NCBI GenBank assembly: GCA_963704755.1 | Contig: OY969938.1 | Location: 1,980,001 to 2,012,000, forward strand | Direction of reading: 5' to 3' | DNA length: 32,000 bases | From: an uncultured Chloroflexia bacterium | Lineage (GTDB): Bacteria > Chloroflexota > Anaerolineae > Anaerolineales > Anaerolineaceae | The notes under the pieces: generated by a model | What the model was told of the DNA's origin: nothing | The model's input: only the letters and a program-made list of their open reading frames with translations | The model's database searches: none | Program-made: the position numbers and the translations under genes | Part shown: positions 7,642-15,692 of the stretch, piece by piece | Numbering within the stretch: position 1 is the first letter of the stretch | Layout of the letters: each line of letters begins with the position of its first letter

Positions 7642-9288
7642 ATGAGTTTTGAAGAGAAAGAACCCAATATTGTCTCACGTAGAACTTTCCTGAAGAAGAC
7701 CGCTATGATCGGCGCCGGCCTGGCAGCGGCCACCACGTTGAATGCGTGCGCCCCGAAACAGGCCGGGGTTGCTTCGTCAAAGCAGCCCAAGTGGGATAAA
7801 GAAGTGGATGTTCTGGTCCTGGGATCAGGCACGGCTTCGATGGCCGCTATCGCCGCAAAAGACGCCGGGGCCGAAAAAGTCACCATCATCGAAAAAGGCC
7901 CGGCCTTTGGGGGTACTTCGGCGCTATCGGGTGGCGGAATGTGGATCCCCAACAATTATTTGATGCAGGCCCAGGGGATCGAGGACAACAAGGCCGATGC
8001 CCTTAAATACTTGCAGAACGTCACCGGCGGCCAATCGAATGACGAGCTCATGAATGCTTACCTGGACAACGCTCCCAAGCTGTTGGAGTGGCTGCGCGAC
8101 AAATTCGGCTTCGAGTTTGCCCTGGGCGGTTCAGCTTACAATGATTATTACCAGGTACCGGGATACCGGCCGTTTGGCCGCTCGATTTATTTCGCTAAAG
8201 ACGGCGCTTCCGTCGGCGGCGCCGGTGGCTGGCAGGTCGTCCGCGCGACCTGTGACAAATTGGGGATCGAGATCCTGCTCAACACGACCGGCAAGCAACT
8301 GTATACCAATGATGACGGAGAAGTCATTGGTGTGCTGGCCACCGGCCAGGACGGGACTGACATCGCCATCCACGCGACCAAGGGTGTCATCATCGGTACC
8401 GGCGGTTTTGACTACAACAAAGACATGACCATGGCGTTCCTGCGCGGGCCGGTTATGGCCAGCGTGGCCGTGCAGACCAACACCGGCGACGGCCACCTGA
8501 TGGGTATGGCCATCGGCGCCGATCTGCGTAACATGAACGAGAGCTGGGGCCTGCCCTTCTTCCCCCTCGACCTGGACAAGATGCAGGGTGAGGCCGACTG
8601 GCAGGTGTATCGTGGAAAACCGGGCGCGGTTGTGGTCAACAAATACGGCGAGCGCATCGGTAACGAAGCCTGCGCTTACGACCTCTTCCAGCGCTCCTTC
8701 TACTACTGGGATTCGGGTAAATTCGAATGGCGCAACATCCCGGCTTACTTCATCTGTGATTCGACCTTCCCGGCCAATTACCCCATGCCGGGCGCCAATT
8801 ACAAGATGGGCGTGATCGCGGATTGGATGAAACCCTACGATACCCTGGAAGACCTGGCCAAGGATATGGGCATCGATGTCGACGGGCTGAACGCTACCCT
8901 GGCCGTCTTCAACGAGAACGCCAAGAATGGCGTGGATCCCATCTGGCACCGCGGCGAATACGACTTCGACAAGGGTACCGCCGGCGACCAGAGCGGCAAC
9001 CGCACCGACCTGAAGAACAACTGCCTGGCCCCGATCGAAACCGGGCCTTTCTATGCTGCCCAGTACGTACCGGGCACCTGCGGCACCAACGGCGGGCTGC
9101 GCATCAACGGCAGCGCCCAGGTATTGGATGTTTGGGGCAAACCGATCCCGCGCTTATACGCCGTCGGCAACACCTCCTCCTCTGTGATGGGCGCGGCCTA
9201 TCCGGGTGGCGGCTCGACCGTAGGGGCAGGAAGCGTCATGGGCATGCTCGCCGGCCAGCATGCAGCCAGCCTGGAAGCGCTCGACTAA
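7642..9288 (+). CDS. Tat-exported FAD-dependent oxidoreductase 2 (FAD_binding_2, KstD-like), probable lipoprotein
   Basis: ATG at 7642 follows GGAGAGGAAAAAG. The Tat motif is SRRTFLKK and the lipobox-like end of the signal is TLNAC-APK. The dinucleotide fold is VLVLGSGTASMAAIAAKDAGAEKVTIIEKGPAFGGTSALSGGGMW. The C-terminal motif IPRLYAVGNTSSSVMGAAYPGGGSTVG is typical of 3-ketosteroid-dehydrogenase-like flavoenzymes. Confidence 0.9.
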   Translation: MSFEEKEPNIVSRRTFLKKTAMIGAGLAAATTLNACAPKQAGVASSKQPKWDKEVDVLVLGSGTASMAAIAAKDAGAEKVTIIEKGPAFGGTSALSGGGMWIPNNYLMQAQGIEDNKADALKYLQNVTGGQSNDELMNAYLDNAPKLLEWLRDKFGFEFALGGSAYNDYYQVPGYRPFGRSIYFAKDGASVGGAGGWQVVRATCDKLGIEILLNTTGKQLYTNDDGEVIGVLATGQDGTDIAIHATKGVIIGTGGFDYNKDMTMAFLRGPVMASVAVQTNTGDGHLMGMAIGADLRNMNESWGLPFFPLDLDKMQGEADWQVYRGKPGAVVVNKYGERIGNEACAYDLFQRSFYYWDSGKFEWRNIPAYFICDSTFPANYPMPGANYKMGVIADWMKPYDTLEDLAKDMGIDVDGLNATLAVFNENAKNGVDPIWHRGEYDFDKGTAGDQSGNRTDLKNNCLAPIETGPFYAAQYVPGTCGTNGGLRINGSAQVLDVWGKPIPRLYAVGNTSSSVMGAAYPGGGSTVGAGSVMGMLAGQHAASLEALD

Positions 9289-9302
9289 GAAGATGATGCA
9301 TG

Positions 9303-9332
9303 GAGGGGAAAGTGTTAACGCACTTTCCCCTC
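9303..9332 (+). promoter_or_regulatory. Intercistronic stem-loop (12-bp stem) directly after flavoenzyme 2
   Basis: GAGGGGAAAGTG-ttaacg-CACTTTCCCCTC starts 15 nt after the stop codon, with no U-tract. It occupies the same position as the 3154-3181 hairpin but has an unrelated sequence. Confidence 0.5.
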
Positions 9333-9532
9333 ATAAAGAACGGTCTTCTGGGGCTTTCCGACTGAAGTCATACCGTAACCGCTCAGGCATATCGTAAGAA
9401 GTTCCCGGATTTGCGAGGTTTGTAGTTGCCGGCCTCGCCAATCCCTCAAATCCGGAAGGCTTACCCATCCGTTCGAGCGGGTACATTTTACAGTTCTTGG
9501 GCGTCAAAAATTCTTCATCGAGGAAAAGCTGA

Positions 9533-10237
9533 GTGAAACTCTTTAGAATACAACTATTTAAAAGAAAAGAAAAATCACCTGACTCAGATTCAGGTGAACA
9601 AAAGAGGAAAAAGCCCAGCCTGCTGCGCATCAGCGTGATCGCCAACATCGCCGTGGTGGTGATCGCCGTGCTGGTGGGCGTGGGCGGGATCGTCATACAC
9701 GAATCCAACACCAACCCCAACTTCTGCGCCACCTGCCACATCATGCAGCGCAACGTCAGCTCCTACCAGACCTCGAGCAACCTCGATCACGTTCACGAGG
9801 AAGCCGGGGTTCAGTGCAAGGACTGCCACAACTATCCCCTCTCGGCCGAAATTACCAGCGGGGTCGATTTCCTGATCGGCAATTACACCGTTGGCGATGA
9901 CGGCGAGCTGGTCCAGCGCAAGTACGATAACGATATGTGCCTCAAGTGCCACATCAGTTACGATCACGTCGCCCAGCAGACCGATTACCTGGAAAAGAAC
10001 CCCCACGAGAGCCATTTTAAGGACCTGCCCTGCAATACCTGCCATATCTCGCATGGCACCCAGATCGACTACTGCGCCAGTTGCCACGACAACGGCGGCC
10101 AGCGCATGGTCGGCGGAGCGATCATCCCGCGGGCGGACAATCCCTGGGCCACCGACACCGGCGACACCAGCGCCGATCCGAATGCGCCCAGCGTCGAACC
10201 CACCACCCCAGCGTCCGCAAGCGCGCCGCAAGGTTGA
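9533..10237 (+). CDS. Membrane-anchored pentahaem c-type cytochrome, copy 2
   Basis: It has the same TM helix and five CXXCH motifs as copy 1. The ATG used by copies 1 and 3 is CTA here (..QLFKRKEK..). The best start is therefore the GTG at 9533, 7-12 nt after AGGAAAA, and this remains uncertain. Confidence 0.85.
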   Translation: MKLFRIQLFKRKEKSPDSDSGEQKRKKPSLLRISVIANIAVVVIAVLVGVGGIVIHESNTNPNFCATCHIMQRNVSSYQTSSNLDHVHEEAGVQCKDCHNYPLSAEITSGVDFLIGNYTVGDDGELVQRKYDNDMCLKCHISYDHVAQQTDYLEKNPHESHFKDLPCNTCHISHGTQIDYCASCHDNGGQRMVGGAIIPRADNPWATDTGDTSADPNAPSVEPTTPASASAPQG

Positions 10238-10244
10238 AATTCTT

Positions 10245-10299
10245 CCCGAAAAAAATAAAATTGCCGGAGCATAGCTCCGGCAATTTTATTTTTTTCGGG
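10245..10299. terminator. Bidirectional intrinsic terminator, identical to 3933-3987
   Basis: Same 26-nt-arm palindrome with an ata loop, starting 8 nt after the cytochrome stop. Confidence 0.8.
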
Positions 10300-10320
10300 A
10301 TCCTTTAAAGCGGCCGGCCT

Positions 10321-11230
10321 GGCAGAACCCTGGCGATTAAGCCAGCTTCTGCCAATAAGGAGACCCACGCAGGTGGGTCTTTGTGTCCTTGTAGGTGCAT
10401 TTTCAACTGCTACGGCCGGGTCAATGCCTTGTTTTCTACCTCGGCGATACGCAAGCCAAACGCTACAAAGGAGGAACAGGGGTTTTTTATTGTTTTGTGT
10501 GCTTCGCACACAAAACAATAAAAAACCCCCTATCTTAGCGGCCAGCATGGCAGAACCCTGGCTATAAAGCCAGCTTCTGCCAAAAAGGAGACCCACGCAG
10601 GTGGGTCTTTGTGTCCTTGTAGGTGCAGCTTTAGCTGCTACGGCCGGGTCAATGCCCCGTTTTCTACCTCGGCGATACGCAAGCCAAACGCTCTCCCGGC
10701 TTCGAAAGCCGGGCTACGAGGGCCGCTGCGGCGTTTTGGATGGGTAGCTCGGGTTTCTAACCCGAGAAAGCGGCCGACCTGGCAGAATCCTGGCTATAAG
10801 GCCAGCTTCTGCCAAAAAGGAGACCCACGCAGGTGGGTCTTTGTGTCCTTGTAGGTGCAGTTTCAACTGCTACGGCCGGGTCAATGCCCCGTTTTCTACC
10901 TCGGCGATACGCAAGCCAAACGCTCTCCCGGCTTCGAAAGCCGGGCTACGAGGGCCGCTGCGGCGTTTTGGATGGGTAGCTCGGGTTTCTAACCCGAGAA
11001 AGCGGCCGACCTGGCAGAATCCTGGCTACAAGGCCAGCTTCTGCCAAAAAGGAGACCCTCGCAGGCGGGTCTTTGTGCCCTTGTAGGTGCAGCTTTAGCT
11101 GCTACGGCCGGGTCAATGCCCCGTTTTCTACCTCGACGATACGCAAGCCAAACGCTACAAAGGAGGAACAGGGGTTTTTTATTGTTTTGTGTGCTTCGCA
11201 CACAAAACAATAAAAAACCCCCTATCTTAG
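10321..11230 (+). repeat. Repeat array B: mosaic multi-hairpin units (230, 230 and 234 bp) punctuated by two copies of a long AT-rich palindrome
   Basis: The GACCCAC hairpin recurs at 10360, 10590 and 10820, and as the variant GACCCTC..GCGGGTC at 11054. The palindrome GGGGTTTTTTATTGTTTTGTGTGC-ttc-GCACACAAAACAATAAAAAACCCC occurs at 10479-10529 and 11171-11221. Confidence 0.9.
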
Positions 11231-11256
11231 GTACAATAAACCATTGCCGGAATTCT

Positions 11257-14046
11257 TTAAAGCAGGCTTAATTCCCTGGCGCGCTCGATCACCATCCGGC
11301 GGGAATGGCCGCCCATTTTGCGGTAGATGCTCTTCAAATGGGCCTTGGTGGTATTGACCGAGATCATCAGCACCGCGGCAATCTCCTTGGTCGGTTTTCC
11401 GGCAGCTAACAGACCCAACACCTCGATTTCCCGTTCACTTAAGGGCTCGGCTACCGGCGCGACAAAGGAAGTCTTGATCCGGCATTTTGTGGAAGAGGGG
11501 CTAACTTTTACGGAAAATGGATCGAAAGCCGCGATCAATTTACGCAGATAATCCGCCTGCCCGGCCTTATCTTTACCGGCGCCGCCATCCAGGTATATCG
11601 ACAAATACGCTTCCAGTAGATCCCTGACCGGCTCACCTTCCAGGGTGAAGATGCGGATATACCCCTCCGGTGCGGCGAGCTGCACCGCCCGCGCGATCGT
11701 TTCAATGGCCAGGTCCAGATCACCTTTGGCTTGCTGCGCCTGTGCCAGCAAGATCAACCCTTCCAGCCGGCGTTCGTTCGAATCGGTGTCGCCAATTTCG
11801 ACCAACATTTCCAGCAGCGCCTGCTCCGCTTGTGAGAACTTGTGCTGGGCCAGGTAAATCCGGCCCAGGGCTGCCTGCCGGGTTGCCTTGGCGATCCGCG
11901 TTAAGGTGAACGACGCCAGTTCTTCCGTCAGCAGCACGTCCGCCTCGGCCGCCCTGCCATCCGCCAGCCAGTAACCCACCAGCACGTCGGTCACCTCGGA
12001 GGTATAGATCCATTCGAAGGAGTGCAGGATTTTCTTGCGGGCCTGCTGCAAGAAAAGGTTACCCCGCTCACGGTCGCCCACGTACAAATGGAATTTCGCC
12101 AGGCGCAGGTTCAGGATCACCCCATAATGCCAGGGTAAAGTACTGATGTCGATTGGATCGATTTTCTGGAGCCATTCTTTCAAAGGAGCCAGGTCGGCCG
12201 GAAGCTCGTTCCGCTCCAGGGCGATGCCCATCAAGCCGCATTGGGCAAATAAACAGGCGCTTTCATCCAGAGTCTGGCTGACCGTCAAATCCAACGCGTG
12301 GCGGTATTCTTCCGCGGCATCCTTTAGCCGGCCCTGGTACTTGCGGATCCTGGCCAGGCCGCAGGAAGTATGGACCGATTGGAGCACGTGCTTATTCCGC
12401 CAGGCGAAATTGCGGCCCTCTTCCAACGCCCCGGCGGCGGCTTGGAGATCGATAAACAATTCGTACGCCTCGGCCAGGTTGAAGTTCATAAACCCGTAGA
12501 AATACTTGTCCGCTTTGGGCGTGTCCCGCTGCAAATCGATGATTTCGCAAATACAGCGCTCGTAATCCTGGCAAAGGCAATTCATTACCGCCCGCAAGGC
12601 AGACACTTCCCATTTCAGGTAGGGCTCATCCGGGACAAACCGGTTTTCCTGTTTGGCTTTTTGGAGGGCCTGTTCGACGATTTGCAGCTTGGGCTCGATT
12701 TGTTCGAACCGGCCCAGCTCGAAGCTGGCCAGTACGTAATGGATGCCCAGGTTGGGATGTTTGGCGATCAAATCGTCCGAGAAATAGGCCACCCAATCCA
12801 CCAGGCTGGTCAGGTCAGCCTCGACAATCGCCTGAAAGGCACAGGCATCCGCGATTTCGGCGGCCCTTTCCAGGTCGTTGGCGGCCACCGCATGGATCAC
12901 AGCTTTGTCGGGGTAACCATTTTCGCTTAGCCAGATGCAGGCTTTGCGGTGCAGCTCCCGGGTAATGCCCGGGGAGGTCCGTTCCAGTTGCACCCGCAGG
13001 ACATCGGCGAACAGAGAGTGGTAGCGATACCAGTTCAGGCGGTTATCGATCGGCTGGATGAACAGGTTGGCCCGCACGATCCGGTCCAACAGCTCGCTGC
13101 TGTCCGTGCGGCCGAGCAGGTCATTGCATAGGGGCGCGGATAGCTCGTTCAAAATCGAAGTCTTGAGCAGGAATTCCTTGATTTCGCTGCTCTGCTGGTT
13201 CAAAACTTCTTCGGCCAGGTAATCGAAAGCCTTGGCAAAGCCGGCCGATTGGTTTTCACGGTCGTAGCGGAACCCGCCCTGGCTTTGGCTCGATAGGGCC
13301 GCCAGTTGCAACCCGGCGATCCAACCCTCGGTCGCTTCGACCAGCCTGGCGACCTGGTCATGCTGCATATCCAGGGCCATGACGTCCTTGATAAAGGCTT
13401 CGGCCTCGTCCATCGTAAAAGACAGGTCGGCGGAGGTTACTTCCAGCAGTTGGTGCTTGGTACGCAGCCGGGAGAGTGGAATGGGCGGCACCACCCGGCT
13501 GGCAATGATCAGGTGCAGGTTGTTGGGCTGGTGACTGATCAGGTAATCCAGGCTCTGGTGGATTTTCACATCGGTGACAGAGTGATAATCATCCAGAATG
13601 AGGCAAAGCGGTTCCGGCATTTGGGCGATTTCGTTGAACAAAGGGTTCAGCCCAATCAGGTCCAACTCGCCGCCATTTTGAAACAGGTCCAGGGGATTGA
13701 AGCGCAGCCGCGGATAGACCCTTTTAATGGCCGCAGCGACGTACGACCAGAACCGCAGCGGGGTATTGTCAAAGAGATCCAGGGTTACCCAGGCAGCCCG
13801 CCAGAAGGATGGCAGAGCTTCCGAAAGCCATTCGACCAGCAGGGTGGTCTTGCCATAACCGGCCGGGGCGATGACCAGCGTCACCCCATTTTCGATCTCT
13901 CCTTGCAAGCGGGAAGTCAGGCGTCCCCTTTGGACGATTTGATAATTTAACAGCGGAATATCCAGCTTGGTGGCCAGCAGGTCGCCGAGTTGGTGAGAAA
14001 CAGCCAATTTATTTTGTTTTTCAATCGTTGTAGGAAAATTGCTCAA
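11257..14046 (-). CDS. MalT/LuxR-type STAND transcriptional regulator (AAA/NB-ARC-like ATPase + helical/TPR-like sensor + LuxR HTH)
   Basis: Walker A is APAGYGKTTLL and Walker B is CLILDDYH. There is a long helical repeat region. The C-terminal HTH is LSEREIEVLGLLAAGKPTKEIAAVLMISVNTTKAHLKSIYRKMG. No ATG lies near the 5' end, so the TTG at 14046 is taken as the start and the exact start is uncertain. Confidence 0.85.
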   Translation of the reverse strand: MSNFPTTIEKQNKLAVSHQLGDLLATKLDIPLLNYQIVQRGRLTSRLQGEIENGVTLVIAPAGYGKTTLLVEWLSEALPSFWRAAWVTLDLFDNTPLRFWSYVAAAIKRVYPRLRFNPLDLFQNGGELDLIGLNPLFNEIAQMPEPLCLILDDYHSVTDVKIHQSLDYLISHQPNNLHLIIASRVVPPIPLSRLRTKHQLLEVTSADLSFTMDEAEAFIKDVMALDMQHDQVARLVEATEGWIAGLQLAALSSQSQGGFRYDRENQSAGFAKAFDYLAEEVLNQQSSEIKEFLLKTSILNELSAPLCNDLLGRTDSSELLDRIVRANLFIQPIDNRLNWYRYHSLFADVLRVQLERTSPGITRELHRKACIWLSENGYPDKAVIHAVAANDLERAAEIADACAFQAIVEADLTSLVDWVAYFSDDLIAKHPNLGIHYVLASFELGRFEQIEPKLQIVEQALQKAKQENRFVPDEPYLKWEVSALRAVMNCLCQDYERCICEIIDLQRDTPKADKYFYGFMNFNLAEAYELFIDLQAAAGALEEGRNFAWRNKHVLQSVHTSCGLARIRKYQGRLKDAAEEYRHALDLTVSQTLDESACLFAQCGLMGIALERNELPADLAPLKEWLQKIDPIDISTLPWHYGVILNLRLAKFHLYVGDRERGNLFLQQARKKILHSFEWIYTSEVTDVLVGYWLADGRAAEADVLLTEELASFTLTRIAKATRQAALGRIYLAQHKFSQAEQALLEMLVEIGDTDSNERRLEGLILLAQAQQAKGDLDLAIETIARAVQLAAPEGYIRIFTLEGEPVRDLLEAYLSIYLDGGAGKDKAGQADYLRKLIAAFDPFSVKVSPSSTKCRIKTSFVAPVAEPLSEREIEVLGLLAAGKPTKEIAAVLMISVNTTKAHLKSIYRKMGGHSRRMVIERARELSLL

Positions 14047-14651
14047 GTTACAGATCTCAAAGAAATAATGGCTTCATTGGTCGGATACAGTTTTAAAGAA
14101 AAAGGAGGCCTTTTTCGGAAAGCAAGTGAATGCTCCCCCTCAAAAGCGTCTCCTCTGATAAGCGCAAAACCTTTGTAACCACGCGATCCCGTTGGGGTAT
14201 CCCAACTTAAATTTGATGAGCGGTTCCAAAAGTCCACAATATCTAACGGGTTAATTGTACAACACATCGATAACCCTCGTAACCACCCATAAATAACCCT
14301 ATCAGGGTGATTACTGTCCCTATTTAGCTGGCTATACTTTAGCCTAGATTAAAAACAGGTTAGTAATTGCCAAAAGAATAACGAGATCAGTACCCAGTCT
14401 GGGTTGAAAACGCCGGCAAACGCGTGACCCTTTGATAAATCCTGGGGGATGGGTATTGGGGAGGTGGGGTTGCGCAAAACGCAACCGCACCTCCCTTTAC
14501 GCCTTTCCCATCGAAAGCGGCAGCCAAGCTGGCCTTTTACTGGTTACGTGTTGAAACACCGTTTATCACTCCCTTGAAAGTAGTTCCACCCCGGCCGAAA
14601 GCGCCGGCATCCTGAGCGCCGCCATGGCAGCCAAGAAATAGAAAAGGCAAA

Positions 14652-15335
14652 ATGTTCAAACGAAAACCCAAAACCCCCGAAGAAGTAAAGCCTGCTGAAG
14701 ACGAGCCCAAGAAGAAAAAGCCCAGCCTGCTGCGCATCAGCGTGATCGCCAACATCGCCGTGGTGGTGATCGCCGTGCTGGTGGGCGTGGGCGGGATCGT
14801 CATACACGAATCCAACACCAACCCCAACTTCTGCGCCACCTGCCACATCATGCAGCGTAACGTCAGCTCCTACCAGACCTCGAGCAACCTCGATCACGTC
14901 CACGAGGAAGCCGGGGTTCAGTGCAAGGACTGCCACAACTATCCCCTCTCGGCCGAAATTACCAGCGGGGTCGATTTCCTGATCGGCAATTACACCGTTG
15001 GCGATGACGGCGAGCTGGTCCAGCGTAAGTACGATAACGATATGTGCCTCAAGTGCCACATCAGTTACGATAAAATCGCTCAACAGACCGATTATCTCGA
15101 AAAGAACCCCCACGAGAGCCATTTCAAGGACCTGCCCTGCAATACCTGCCACATCTCGCATGGCACCCAGATCGACTACTGCGCCAGTTGCCACGACAAC
15201 GGCGGCCAGCGCATGGTTGGCGGACCGATCATTCCGCGGGCGGACAATCCCTGGGCCACCGATACCGGCGCCGATTCGAATGCGCCCAGCGTTGAGCCCA
15301 CCACCCCAGCCTCCGCAAGCGCGCCGCAAGGGTAA
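14652..15335 (+). CDS. Membrane-anchored pentahaem c-type cytochrome, copy 3 (orphan: no adjacent flavoenzyme)
   Basis: ATG at 14652. The protein is identical to copy 1 from KKPSLL through ATDTG, with five CXXCH motifs. Only the N-terminal cytoplasmic tail and the C-terminal tail differ. Confidence 0.9.
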   Translation: MFKRKPKTPEEVKPAEDEPKKKKPSLLRISVIANIAVVVIAVLVGVGGIVIHESNTNPNFCATCHIMQRNVSSYQTSSNLDHVHEEAGVQCKDCHNYPLSAEITSGVDFLIGNYTVGDDGELVQRKYDNDMCLKCHISYDKIAQQTDYLEKNPHESHFKDLPCNTCHISHGTQIDYCASCHDNGGQRMVGGPIIPRADNPWATDTGADSNAPSVEPTTPASASAPQG

Positions 15336-15346
15336 AGTTAGACCAT

Positions 15347-15399
15347 CCCGAAAATAAAAAATTGCCGGAGTTGCACTCCGGCAATTTTTTATTTTCGGG
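15347..15399. terminator. Bidirectional intrinsic terminator, variant of 3933-3987 with compensatory changes
   Basis: CCCGAAAATAAAAAATTGCCGGAGT-tgc-ACTCCGGCAATTTTTTATTTTCGGG. The arms are still perfectly complementary although both the stem top and the A/T-tract differ from copies 1 and 2. Confidence 0.8.
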
Positions 15400-15429
15400 G
15401 TTACTGCTCAACCAGGTTCAAAAGATATG

Positions 15430-15690
15430 GGGGTGTTTTATAGTTTTTGGTGTGCGAAGCACACCAAAAACTATAAAACACCCCTGTTTCCCTATGGTAG
15501 CGCCGACCTGGCAGAATTTCGTCTATAAGGCCAGCTTCTGACAATAAGGAGACCCACGCAGGTGGGTCTTTGTGTCCTTGTAGGTGCAGTTTCAACTGCT
15601 ACGGCCGGGTCAATGCCCCGTTTTCTACCTCAGCGATTCGCATACCAAACGCTCTCCCGGCTTTGAAAGCCGGGCTACGAAAACCTTTTT
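15430..15690 (+). repeat. Repeat block C: AT-rich long palindrome (variant, inverted) plus one partial mosaic unit
   Basis: The 26-nt arms GGGGTGTTTTATAGTTTTTGGTGTGC-gaa-GCACACCAAAAACTATAAAACACCCC span 15430-15484. They are followed by the GGCAGAA.. module, the GACCCAC hairpin at 15551, the GTAG..CTAC module and the CCCGGCTTTGAAAGCCGGG module. Confidence 0.85.
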
Positions 15691-15692
15691 GG

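Noticed and set aside
10479-10529. The AT-rich 24-nt-arm palindrome might be an intrinsic terminator for the MalT-like gene or the array.
   Set aside because: On both strands the T-run precedes the GC core and the A-run follows it. This is the reverse of terminator polarity, unlike the 3933, 10245 and 15347 palindromes, which have the correct polarity.
11257-14046. The STAND NTPase might be an Avs-like antiphage defence protein.
   Set aside because: Its output domain is a C-terminal LuxR-type HTH, so it has the MalT architecture. There is no nuclease, protease, TIR or other effector domain, and it sits next to a respiratory gene. A transcriptional regulator is the economical reading.
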